DNA from: Pelomyxa schiedti
Lineage: Eukaryota; Protista; Evosea
NCBI GenBank assembly: GCA_020536535.1
Contig: JAHLWZ010000583.1
Span: 9,922-73,921 of the forward strand
Direction of reading: 5' to 3'
DNA length: 64,000 bases
Part shown: positions 26,801 to 38,625 of the stretch, in pieces
Layout: every line of letters begins with the position of its first letter
How positions within the stretch are numbered: position 1 is the stretch's first letter
The notes under the pieces: generated by a model
Database searches by the model: none
Told to the model about the DNA's origin: nothing
Seen by the model: the letters and a program-made list of their open reading frames with translations, nothing else
Position numbers and translations under genes: made by a program

Positions 26801-27779
26801 TTCCCTGCTCCAAGGCACATTTAAGCATAGTAGATTGCATCCTTTGCCGTGTTGGTGCCGGTGACAGCCAACTCAGGGGAGTTTCTACCTTCATGGCAGA
26901 AATGCTTGAGACTGCCACCATACTCAGAGTCTGTACTCCCAACACAAAACATCTTCCCTCACTATTTACTATTAGCATTACAATTCTAACACCGCAATAG
27001 ACAGCAACCCCACGTTCACTTATCATAATTGACGAACTTGGCCGCGGAACCTCAACTTATGATGGTTTTGGTCTTGCGTGGGCAATATCTGAATACATAT
27101 GCAACCAAATTGGATGCCTATGCCTATTTGCTACACATTTTCATGAGCTCACAGCTTTGAGCGAACGCATACCTTTCGTTAAAAACAAGCACGTCACCGC
27201 GCACACATCAGAGAACCGGCTTGTTCTCCAGTATCAGTGTGTTATCTTCCCAATCTTAACAACCACATACCAAAAGCCCTTATATACCAATATACATTTC
27301 TCAATCCCCGCTCAGGGTTAAAGATGGACCGTGTGACCAGAGCTTCGGTATTCACGTCGCGGAACTAGCAGACTTCCCGCCGGCAGTCATTCAGATTGCA
27401 AAGCGCAAAGCCCAGGAGCTAGAGAACTTCGGCACACCAAGAAAACTACCCCGGACCGCGTCCTCAACACCCCCAACAACGACCACGTCTTCAGTCCGTT
27501 CGTCAGTGGATACTACTGGCCTAAGTGAGGAGGAAATGGTATGTTGTCATGGCATATCTCACCACCACACTCTATTATCCTCCAAACTCCTCGCTAATCA
27601 CACAAACACCCTAGGCAAGGGGACGGTTCCTTGTAGGACAGTTCCTAAAGGACTTGTGCAGAATACCAACCACTCTGCCTGATGAGGAACTCACAGACAA
27701 AGTTACACAGTTGAGGGATGCTCTGTGTAGGGAGAACAACGCGTATGTGGCAAGGCTTATAGCCTCATCAAAGCTGTGA
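23805..27779 (+). CDS. MSH2: DNA mismatch repair protein MSH2
   Basis: [86 protein letters not shown]. Confidence 0.95.
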
Positions 27780-27864
27780 TAGTGATGATGAAAAGGCATA
27801 AAACAAAAAGGGTAAGAAAGTAGGATTAAGAATGTGGCATTATTTCACACTTAGGAAGGATTAT

Positions 27865-30800
27865 TTAGCTTGTGATAGACTTGTAAATGAGGGTGGCAAA
27901 GTCCATGCCTTTCATTTCATCGGCGGTCTTAGTGTCAACTGCCGCATTGTTAGCGTTAAATGGGTGGGAAGGGAAGAGGTGATGCCTATGTCGAATTTAG
28001 CTCCTTTTCTCTCCAGGCCATTGTCCAGGTTCTTCAAGAACTTTCTGGCACCGGGGTCTTCCCCTATTTGGATAAACGAGACAGAAAGCTCGTCGTCATC
28101 CCGTAGTCGTCTGGTGCACTGGATAATCTCATTCTCAACTGCCGGTTGACTATTGGGCTCCCCGTCAGTGATAACAAGAATTGTCTCGGGCTTTGCTCCA
28201 TTGTCGAAGTGTTCCCTGAATGCTTTGCGGAGAACGCCAGCAAGATCAGTGGATCCACCTGGGCGGTAGCGGTTGAAGAGCTGATTTACAACTCGTTCAT
28301 CTCGTATCCCAGTCTCTTTGCTGAAGTTATCAGAGAAGAAGTAAACCGTAACACCATCGGGATCTGCTTTGCACACTGCAGGCGCGAGAATTGCTGCAGA
28401 TTGTCAGAAACAACGTACAACTGAGAAAAACTCACCAACGGCTTCCCTGGCGGCATCCCAGCGACTCTTCCCTCTGCAGAAACTGTGAGGAAATGGAATA
28501 AGGCTAGGAGGAGTACCTGCCAATACCGCTGCTCATAGAACCACTTTTGTCGACAATCCTAGAAGCACATTAAGTTCACTTTCTAAAATATAATGGGTGC
28601 ACACAAAGTGTAATCCCGTGCCAAAGATTCCGCCAGGTTATTGAAGAATCTCAAGCCGCGATCTGTTCCACCAGGTGGCGGACGACTCACTGCTACTTGG
28701 GACATGGGACCAGGGTAAGCACCTCCAGGAGGGTAAACAGTCCCGGGTGGGTATGATCCCCCCTGAGGTGGGTACACTGCTGAGCCAGAACGGATTACGG
28801 AACCGGATTGAGGAGGGTAACCTGGTTGTGGTCCAACTGCTCTAGGATCAGGGTTGCCATAGCCGGGCTGTGGTCCAATTGGTTTAGGATCTGGGTGAGG
28901 GTAACCAGGTTGAGGTCCAGTTGGTGGAGGGTCAGGATTACGTGGAGGATAACCCGGTTGAGGAGGGTAGCCTGGCTGTGGAGGATAACCTGGCTGGGGA
29001 GGGTATCCAGGCTGTGGAGGGTAACCTGGTTGTGGTGGATAACCTGGCTGGGGAGGGTAACCCGGTTGGGGTGGGTATCCAGGTTGAGGTGGATATCCGG
29101 GTTGGGGTGGATAGCCTCGGCCTTGGGGACCTTGCTGAGTTGGGGGCTGACCAGGCTGGCCTGGCTGAGTCGGTGGCTGTCCAGGTTGCCCTGGGTATGG
29201 TGGATACGGTGGGTAGCCTGGTGGGGGATATCCATATGGGTAAGGTGGGTAACTTGGTGGATATCCGTATGGAGGGTAGGGGGGATAACCTGGCGGTGGT
29301 TGATTTGGTTGGCCAGGAGGTGTTGGTTGACCCGGCTTGACAGCTGATTGTTGTCCTGGTTGTGATCCTTGTCCTGGTTGCGGGGGTTGCCCTGGTTGTG
29401 GTGGGCCGGGCTGATATGGCGGATAATTCTGTGGTGGATATGGATAACCTGGGGGGGGATAAGGGTAACCTGGTGGAGGATAAGGATAGTTGGGTGGGAA
29501 CCAAGAGGACTGTCCTGGTTGCCCTGGCATTTGTTGCCCAGGCTGTCCTTGCATCGGTTGCCCTGGTTGTCCTGGCTGGCCTGGCATTGGCGGTCCTTGC
29601 ATTGGTTGCCCAGGTTGTCCCTGCATCGGTGGCCCTTGCATAGGTTGCCCTGGTTGTCCCGGCTGTCCTGGTTGCCCTGGCATTGGTGGTCCTTGCATTG
29701 GTTGCCCAGGTTGTCCCTGCATCGGTTGTCCTGGTTGTCCCGGCTGTCCTGGTTGCCCTGGCATTGGTTGCCCAGGTTGTCCCTGCATCGGTGGTCCTTG
29801 CATCGGTTGCCCTGGTTGTCCCGGCTGTCCTGGCATAGGTTGCCCCGGTTGACCTGGCATAGGCTGACCGGGCTGCAAAGGCTGTCCAGGTGTTGGCTGC
29901 CCAGGTTGCAAAGGCTGTCCAGGTGTTGGTTGCGTTGGTTGGCCTGGGGGATACGATCCCTGAAGTGGTGGTTGTCCAGGGCCAGGCGGAAACATCGAGG
30001 AGGTGAATGCTGGTTTCGACGTGAGGTCACAAACGAAAATATAAGTAAATAAGGGAGGTTGTAAATACATGCAGAGCTCGGTGGTTGTCCTGGCTGTTGC
30101 GTAGGTTGCCCTGGTTGTCCCTGCATAGGTTGTCCTGGTTGCCCTGGCTGTGGCCCGGGAGGGAACGCCCCTGGTGGATACAGCCCTGTCACCGATGTAA
30201 CCAATTAAGCCCGGAAAAAGAGCAAAAAAAAAAAAAAAAAAAAAAGCATACCAGGAGGGNNNNNNNNNNNNNNNNNNNNNNNNNNNNNNNNNNNNNNNNN
30301 NNNNNNNNNNNNNNNNNNNNNNNNNNNNNNNNNNNNNNNNNNNNNNNNNNNNNNNNNNNTTTTTTTTTTTTTGTGCGTTCTCTTTCTTGGCTTAATTGGT
30401 AACATCGGTGACAGGGCTGTATCCACCAGGGGCGTTCCCTCCCGGGCCACAGCCAGGGCAACCAGGGCAACCTATGCAGGGACAACCAGGGCAACCAGGA
30501 CAACCGCCGAGCTCTGCATGTATTTACAACCTCCCTCATTTACTTATATTTTCGTTTGTGACCTCACGTCGAAACTAGCATTCACCTCCTCCATGTTTCC
30601 GCCTGGCCCTGGCATTGGTGGTCCTTGCATTGGTTGCCCAGGTTGTCCCTGCATCGGTTGCCCTGGTTGTCCCGGCTGTCCTGGTTGCCCTGGCATTGGT
30701 TGCCCAGGTTGTCCCGGCTGTCCTGGCATCGGTGGTCCTTGCATCGGTTGCCCTGGTTGTCCCGGCTGTCCTGGCATAGGTTGCCCCGGTTGTCCTTGAA

Positions 30801-31362
30801 TCGGTTGACCTGGCGTAGGCTGACCGGGCTGCAAAGGCTGCCCAGGGGTTGGCTGCCCAGGTTGCAAAGGCTGTCCAGGTGTTGGTTGGCCTGGGGGATA
30901 CGATCCCTGAAGTGGTGGTTGTCCAGGGCCAGGCGGAAACATGGAGGAGGTGAATGCTAGTTTCGACGTGAGGTCACAAACGAAAATATAAGTAAATGAG
31001 GGAGGTTGTAAATACATGCAGAGCTCGGTGGTTGCCCTGGTTGTCCCTGCATAGGTTGCCCTGGTTGCCCTGGTTGTGGCCCGGGAGGGAACGCCCCTGG
31101 TGGATACAGCCCTGTCACCGATGTTACCAATTAAGCCAAGAAAGAGAACGCACAAAAAAAAAAAAAAAAGCATACCAGGAGGGAACATGAAAGGCCAACC
31201 AGGAGGGGGCTGTTGAGGCCCTCCCGTTGGTGGCGGTTGTCCTGGTTGTCCCGGTGTAGGTTGACGAGGGTCTGAGGTCGGCTGCTTTTGCGGGTCAGTC
31301 GTTGTCGCCGGCGGCGTCGTAGGTGTCGTAGGTGCGTCTGCCGGCTTCGTGTCCGTCGACAT
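27865..31362 (-). CDS. von Willebrand factor A domain protein with long Pro/Gly/Gln/Tyr-rich N-terminus (interrupted by assembly gap and duplication)
   Basis: [46 protein letters not shown]; N-terminal PGQ and GYPPQP repeats. Confidence 0.8.
28945..29115 (-). repeat. 18-bp coding tandem repeat encoding (GYPPQP)n, about 10 copies
   Basis: Direct reading of the 28583-30070 ORF. Confidence 0.9.
29510..29950 (-). repeat. Coding minisatellite encoding PGQ/PMQGQ repeats
   Basis: Recurrent ggttgtcc/ggttgccc units. Confidence 0.9.
30260..30359. other. Assembly gap (100 N)
   Basis: Run of n. Confidence 1.
30360..31170. repeat. Inverted duplication of about 250 bp (30360-30610 versus ~30925-31170) plus a second copy of the vWA 5' exons
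   Basis: Near-identical reverse-complement segments; the same exons also occur at ~29980-30259 with substitutions. Confidence 0.85.
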
Positions 31363-31574
31363 TCTAACTCCACACAACGATTTTTCTCTGTAAAAAAAAA
31401 AATAGAAGAGTGGTCTCAAAGAAAAGAATCAACAGCAGGAGATGCAGAGATTAACATTGAGAAATAGTGTGGATTGGTATACGAAACTTGGGGAGAAAAA
31501 AGGCACGCACGAGCACTGGGGTGTGTGCCTTTGGGAGCTTGAGATCTTTGTAAAAAAGCCGGGCTGTTGGTTTG

Positions 31575-34500
31575 TCACAGAGATGCATCACAGACTTCAC
31601 ATTTCTTGGCGGTTGCGGGGTTGATGAATGTGCACACAAGGCACTCTTTGGACGTCGTGGGTGTTTTGGGCCTGGGTGCGGCGGCCTGCTTTGGCGGCGG
31701 CGCGTTTGAGAGTCCCGATCCTGCCAAGATGAACGAAAATGAGCCGAGTAAGTTTTTTGTGGGTGGGAACTTGCGCCGCAAAAATGCGCATGCAGGATGA
31801 ACTAAGGGGTCGTTACCTTCGAACGCAACTCTCCGCGTGTTATTGGCATTGCTGTTTTTCTTATCTGATTCGGCCATGGCGGTGGAGGCCGCAATTGCGA
31901 GGGCCAAGTCATCTTGAATGGCGTCGGGGTTATCCTCTTTCAACTGCAATATGAATTAACACAAACCATTAAAATAAATTAATTGATTGTTGTGCCTTAC
32001 CTGCTCCACAAAGATAACAGAGTCTTTTCGAACTCGGTGTTCTCCGAGAGTACCACGCCGGAGTTCAACAACATTCCTTGTTACATCTTCAATCATGGTG
32101 AGCCTCTGCCGGATCGGTTCAACTTCCTGGTGTTATCTGTTAAATGCCATCACCACCGGTGGTAAGTCTATGAGGCACACCATGTATTGAAGAATCATCA
32201 AACGAAGCTGGTCCACAGTGGTGGTGGAACTGACCTTCAGTTTTTCACCAGTCTGTTGGGAGGATGTACCTTCTGTGCACTCGTTACATTTGAGTTTTTA
32301 CAGAGGAAAGCAAACCTTTCTTGATGAATATGAACTCATCATAGAAAACGGTTATTGGCAGATCAACAGGTTTCGGGACTGGGACGCACTCTTTGCAAGA
32401 GATAGGATCAAGAACAAATTCAAGTCGATCGGGGCTGAAATTGGAAGAATTCCGGTTGCTGATGACTTGCAGTGAAATCTTGGTACCTTCGTGAATGTGA
32501 TACCTTGGCTTTGTTATCACCATTGCAATTTGTTGTTGGTTCGCAGCCACTATACCTCTCCCCCAAGAGAGTGAACCACTTCTCAGGAATGAGGCGGAAT
32601 GGGGAATCTTGAACAGAAGTGACACCATCTGCACTCACTCCCGGGAAAATATTTCGGAGGAGATCTATTCCGAGTCTGCCATGTTGACATATAAACTCTC
32701 TGTTATCAATTGGCCCAGGTCTATTTTGTTTGTGAGTAAAACGCGGAGTTTCATTTCTAAAGAGTGTAACGTACCGCTCGAAACTTGTCAACTCAGTGTA
32801 TTTATCCCATGTATTGTACCAAGTTGTGGGTACTACGCAGTACCTATTGTTTACATTACAATGCTTCACAAAGAAAGTGGAAGTGTGCTCCGCACGTTGT
32901 TTTTTCTTTCAAGTCATATGAAGCTGCCACAAATAAACTGCGGAATTCCACTCTCTCATTTCTCTGGAGATAAAAATAAAAAAGAAAAAAAGTTTAGTTT
33001 TGTACTTCTGTGTGGAAAGAGTGAGTTCAAACCAGAGTTTGCTGTTCTCTCTGGGCCTCTTCCATGAGTCTAGTTCTCTCCCGCAGGCAGTCACCACAAA
33101 CATTCACGTCTCCAAATAGGATCTGATCAGGTTGAATGTTTCCATCACATTGATTCACAAGGTAGTCCCATATCTACACAGATTTTTTTTTCCCTGAGCC
33201 TTCTCAAACCAGTAATAGTATGGGAACATTTCACCTCTTGTGAAACAGCTTTAAATTGGCCAGCTGGCTGCAATCTACGATGTTGGCAAATGATATCTGC
33301 TGTCATCGAGGCAACTGGAAGCTTTTTGGATGAACGGGTCATTGCTTTGAAATCTGGGATGGGGTTAGTGTCCAAGTTGGAACCGGGATGCTTTACCGTT
33401 GATAAACTTTGTGCTGACGAAGAAAGGTCCAGTGGACTGTGTGTCTTCCAACCTTTTAATCATTTCTAATCTAAGCTTTTTGGAACGCCTTGCGGTGACT
33501 TTTTTCAGAATCCAAGCCTGGTGGCAGTATTAATCAGCATACGTCATTACTCTTCCTGGGGGTTTTACGAACCTCCAGACACTGCCGGCATTTGTTGTCG
33601 TCAGTGAGAGCGGGGCCACCTGTGTAAGTACTGCAAAACAATTCCCATGCTTCCTGATTTTGGTTACACTCTGGTACAGTTGGGATTTGCTGTGATCTTA
33701 CTGGTTCTATTCTTTTCATGAGGGTTATTGCACCACCACCAAGTTTCAAATTGTCGTGCTCGCAGAGCAGTGGTTTATTGTCTATCGGAGGCATGCTGGT
33801 GGCACCACCTGCGAGCCAAGACTTCAACCATCCAACTTCAATCCAGTTGCACCGTGGACTTGTTGGAACAATTCTCTGCATCAGGTGTAAGTCTTGATGG
33901 AGAAACACAAGGAGTGAAGTACGTTGTGAAGGGTATAATAAAGCCCGATGTAGGACCTTGCTGACTCGAGGTCCATTCTCTCCTGATAAATGGCGTCATT
34001 GTAATGCTTCTCCAGAAGGAGGTTTGAAGCAATAAGCTCTTCACGCACTTCATTCTTGTTAAAAAAAATCACAAAAAGGAAAGAAAACCCACGAGAAACA
34101 ACAGTGGGGCATGGTGCAGTCTGATGAAGATCAGGGTAAGACCTATTGCGATAGAAAAACATATATGGGGTCTCGGCTGGAACAACAGAGTTAGAAACAT
34201 GAGGAACGGGTGTTGATGCGGTACTTGTTTCATTGATAGGTGGAGGAAATACAGTGCACGGAGTGATCCGAGTGTCATCACATTTCCACCACGAGTTTGT
34301 TTCACTGGTGAGACAGTTACGTTTGGAATGAAAGGAAGAAATTCATACGGATGCAGTACATAGGCAATGTAATGACCACCTTTGGGAAAAAAATAAGCCA
34401 TGAGACAAGTAGATGAGGAATAGGAGGTGAAACCATGAACTGAAACTCCAATGTGACATATGATTGCAAAGAGATCATAACTGTCAGGGTAAGATTTGTC

Positions 34501-36751
34501 TTTAGGGTCCACAGTTCCGTTAGCAACAAAATTTCTTAGATTCAAACGAGTGTCAAATGCAATTCTCGTCATGATCTAAGTGTAATTTCACATGTGAAAT
34601 TATTTGAGAGTAAAAAAAAATTCTCACCTTTTCTTCTCGACCAGCCACAGGATTAAAAGAGAACCGAATCAAATGCAGTTTTAAAACCTTGGTAGGGTTA
34701 CTTGGTATACACTGGGTGCACAAAACTTACTCCTGGTAATCTTGAAATCCTGGCACTTCGAGTGATTTTAACATTGGGGCAGCGGCAAGGTTGAAAACTA
34801 AGTGGCAGCTTAGTTTGTGTCCAACACAGTACTTATGGAAGAATACTCTAAAATCGGCTCATCCTTGAAGTAGTCAACAAGACATTCGTCGATAGATGGA
34901 TGATCCTGATAACGTGATTTGATTTGTTGTTTTATTTGGGAACATACTTTGCAATTGAGCTTAATCTCAAAGAAGGGGTCAGCAGAGTTGATAATACTCT
35001 TACACGAGCCACATTGTGTCTGGTATGCAATCTCACCTTATTTAAGAGTTATTCACAATTTGTTTTTCAAAGAAATTATTAATGTAAGGTTGTGTGCTTG
35101 TATTTAACACAACCAATACAAAAAGTTAAATTTCATTTGCTCTGCTTTCATGGAAAGAAAAAAAAAAGGAGCAAATAAACGTTACAAAGAACCAATACGC
35201 ACCAGTAACAAGGCTACTGAAAATAGGCAGGAGGTCATGCCTATGCGAGAGTGCAAACTGTTCCTCGATTCTGTTCAGCAGTAGACTGTAAAACCTGATA
35301 GTCAAGAAGTTTAGAAATGAAGAATGAATTTTTGGCGTTATTGGTCATACTCATGTGGGTCCTGCTGAATGGAAGTTTGTATTTGGAGAGTGGTTGTAAA
35401 GGAGACAGGGGAGTGTGTCCTGTGTACAGAGTATGTCATGTTGAGCAGTAAGCTCTGCAGCTCAGAGCATATCCTTCTTCTGAGGGCAACAATAACTGGG
35501 TCTTCTCTTCTGGGTGAGGTTTTTTCCTCCTCTTTTTTCTTGGAGACGACCTGAGAGACTATGACTCGAAAGTATGTATGAAGGGTAGATACAGGGGCAT
35601 CAAGAGCAGGATTGAGGTGATATAGCAGGTCCCTCAAGTATACATCACCAAATATGCACTGCAAAACGGAGTTCATGTAACAAGTGGCGCCAAGGTTCTA
35701 CAACATCAGGTTATTTTTCACATTTCAAAAAAAAAAGTACCTGTAAACCAATGAAGGGGTGAGTGAGAGGTAAGCCCACAGAAGGAATAACAGGTCTCAC
35801 TTGAGACGATGCCGTTGGCGCGGTGCTTGGTGGTGGAGTATCTCGTAATATAATTCGGAGATCATCCCTTCCTATTGGTCTTGATGCTGCAGCTGTAGCG
35901 GATGCTGTGCTCTTTGCTGCTGCAGACGATGTTGTGGTACTGGATGTTGTTGTTGTGGAGGCTGTTGTTGTGGGTGTTGCTGCTGCAGAAGGTGCTGGAG
36001 GAGTGGTTGAAGTATTGCGTTTAGAAATCAAAATTGCAACTGCTTCATCTGTTTCATTGGGAAACACCTTTTTTTAGATAGAAAGTAAGAAGTGAAGTGT
36101 ATTCGAAGGATGGAAATGTGAGCTATAGCAAACCAGAGGTTCCGCAAGTGCCACGAGACAGTTTGGATTCTTGGAACAGTTTACACCCTGGAGTCTGAGT
36201 GGAGCAGAACCCCCTGTGGGTTTGGCCTGTGAGTTACTGTTATCTTTGTGCTGATTCTCCAAGCAAACAGGCTCGTTGACGTGATAGACAATATCCAGCA
36301 ATCTAGATTCTTTTGATGGGGGAATCATAAATCCCGTGAAATCATCAAATACAAACAACAACGTGGGTGTGTTTCTTAGCATGTTATTTACGTGGTGAAG
36401 ATTACACGACATATCATCAATATTAAATCCCACAATGCACAAATGCACCGACGTACTTGTGTCGTCCATCGTTTCGTTGTCCAACGACCTTGTTGTGGTT
36501 GTTGATGTGTGTTCGGATGACCCATAATCGCCACCCACGATGGCGTCGATTAATTGGTGTTTTAGGCCGCGGACACCCGAACCGTGGCTCGCAATGCCCC
36601 CCCCGCTACTAGCACTACTCGTGGTTGAGGTAGTCGAGGACGTAGACGTTGTGAACACGCCAATTGTGGGAGGGGGCGTCGGCGTGCGGCCACGTAGTTG
36701 TTGTTGTGCGGAGTCCAAGGCCCGCCCGCGGTTCGTGCTGTCAGCGTCCAT
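31575..36751 (-). CDS. USP48: Ubiquitin-specific protease, USP48/UBP26-like, with C-terminal UIM-like helix and RanBP2/NZF zinc finger
   Basis: NCSKNPNCLVAL; NLGATCYMNSVLQC; QQDPHE; GGHYIAY; DUSP-like IDNKPLLCEH and PGPIDNREFICQHG; CLVCTFINPATAKKCEVCD. Confidence 0.85.
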
Positions 36752-36952
36752 CCTTGCTTCAGATAACAGATCCAAATGAGTTTCGCACTGTAACCAGACC
36801 ATTCAAATGCTCCCAAAGCGGACTTATTCCGCAAACCACAAAGACCACAACGACCACAACGACCACAACGAAGTGAGATGCGACGTGTCCACGTGGCTCT
36901 ACAGTTCTTAGACGAACCGAAAAGATTCCCTTTGAGAAAGAAAATAAAGACG

Positions 36953-38186
36953 ATGGGGGAGGACGGTGAAGAGCTAGTTGTGGGAGGGCGCGCAAGTTAC
37001 TACGGGCTGTGGTGGGGCGTGTGGTTCGACGAGCTGCGGTCAATGTGCAATCACCCATCAGGCAGCTGCTCCCATAATTACTTGTGGGGCTCCGCTTGCA
37101 GGCGCTGTGGTGAAGCGTGTGGGAAATGGTGGCGGAGGGAAAACCCACGTGAGGAGAGGGCAGATCCAGATTATGGGACTGAGGGGAGCGTGGCGGCGAG
37201 GGACATTGTAATGGAGTCAAAATATTTGATGACTATGATTGCTGGAAAGCTTGGCCCAAGGGACTTGAGAATATTCAGCCTTGTGTGCAAGGTGTGTTCC
37301 TTATGTACTTTGTTTTCTCTGGCTTTAATCTTATTGCTATATTGGCTTCTTGGGGAAGGAGTGGAAGAAGATAGGTGATGAAGTAATTGGAATAGAGGAG
37401 AAACTTAGGATAAAGCGAGTGAACCAGAGAAAGGACGCGGCAAGATATGTCCAGTTTTTGTGCTGTGCTTCATTCTGGGGGCTATACCTGGCCTCTGTTC
37501 TTTGTTCTGTTCATTTTCTCGTTCCGCAATTCGTCGCTGCCATCATCCTTGTACTTTGTTTCTTGTCAATTCTGACTCCATTTCACTACAAGAAGTACTG
37601 CACTGATGTGGTATTTTTCCACTTCTTTACGTGGCTATACTCCACTGCCCCACTTGTCCATGTTATTACCAGTGAAGCTATACCATACTACCAGAAGGTG
37701 ATATCATGTAGTCTGTCCACAACACTCTTATTCCGCTGTGTATTCAGAGCAGTTATGTGTCGCAGTCATATTAGAAGGAAAGACTTCAAAAGAACAATGT
37801 CACATGCACAGCGCAGCACAATGATAATACTCTTTTCTGCTACATACTTCAGCTGGACAGCGTTATTTAGTGTGACATACATAATCTCAGAAGTGCTACT
37901 CTCACTGTGGGTCACAATCATATACAAGAACACCCTGGAGCACTGGAGGTGGCTTCTGTGGCCAGTAAGTACACCATTCAGGCACATACAGAGAGCCCAA
38001 ATGGAGGTTGTATCTGGATACTGTTGCATGGTTCTTATGGCGTTCTCCCATGCAATACTCAAGAATCAAAACAATCATGTGGTCATAGTGAGTTCTGCTC
38101 TGTTGTTGTTATTTCTACACAAAAGCAACTCCAAAAACTGGATGTCACCCCCAATGTTTGAGTATTTGTCTTACGACAACATGTGA
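36953..38186 (+). CDS. F-box-like motif followed by a multipass membrane domain
   Basis: Spliced YLMTMIAGKLGPRDLRIFSLVCK-EWKKIG; then about 6-8 hydrophobic segments. Confidence 0.6.
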
Positions 38187-38294
38187 CACCCATAAGTCTT
38201 GTGCTTACGAGGTTTTTGCTTAAAAATTAACAGCTTCCAACGCAAATTCTCTGGAGTGCTTAAACATACAATACCTTACGAGCTCTGGTGATGC

Positions 38295-38372
38295 TTCGCA
38301 TTTGGCGCGGACGACCTAGGTTCGATTCCTGGCGGAGGGAACAGGCCTTCCGTAGTTCAGTGGCAGAACGTC
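38295..38372 (+). tRNA. Circularly permuted tRNA gene (3' half first, then 5' half); anticodon most likely TTG (Gln)
   Basis: Anticodon arm TTCGC-ATTTGGC-GCGGA, T arm CTAGG-TTCGATT-CCTGG, acceptor 3' strand CGGAGGG-A (38333-38340), spacer ACAGG, then CCTTCCG-TA-GTTC-AGTGGCA-GAAC-G-TC (38346-38372). Confidence 0.65.
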
Positions 38373-38400
38373 TTTGTTTCACCAAGCGCAGCCACTCCTC

Positions 38401-38413
38401 TTTTTCTTTTTTT
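38401..38413 (+). terminator. Putative RNA polymerase III terminator (T-run)
   Basis: TTTTTCTTTTTTT about 30 nt after the tRNA 5' half. Confidence 0.5.
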
Positions 38414-38625
38414 GTTTTGGAGTTCGTTGATTTTGCCAGAAGTCAGTTTTAGGAAGGGTGTAAGAGAGTTCGGAGGAAAAGTCGAGAGAAACTTCTCTTG
38501 TGCATTCCCGGGATCTTGGCATCAATTGGGTTTCTTTCACAAGAAATATCTTTAAGTTGACAAGGACTAGACACACACGATAAGGCACAAGACCCGGGTG
38601 TACAAACAAACACAAACACGCAAAG

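Noticed and set aside
28945-29950. Possible CRISPR-like array
   Set aside because: Tandem coding repeats without unique spacers, in a eukaryotic gene.
28795-31190. Many long overlapping ORFs (CPGCPGC, WLPRLS, DNQGN types)
   Set aside because: Shadow frames of the PGQ/GYPPQP coding repeats; not metallothioneins or separate genes.
35035-35205. Longer intron with an 8-bp hairpin as a snoRNA host
   Set aside because: No convincing C/D or H/ACA boxes seen.
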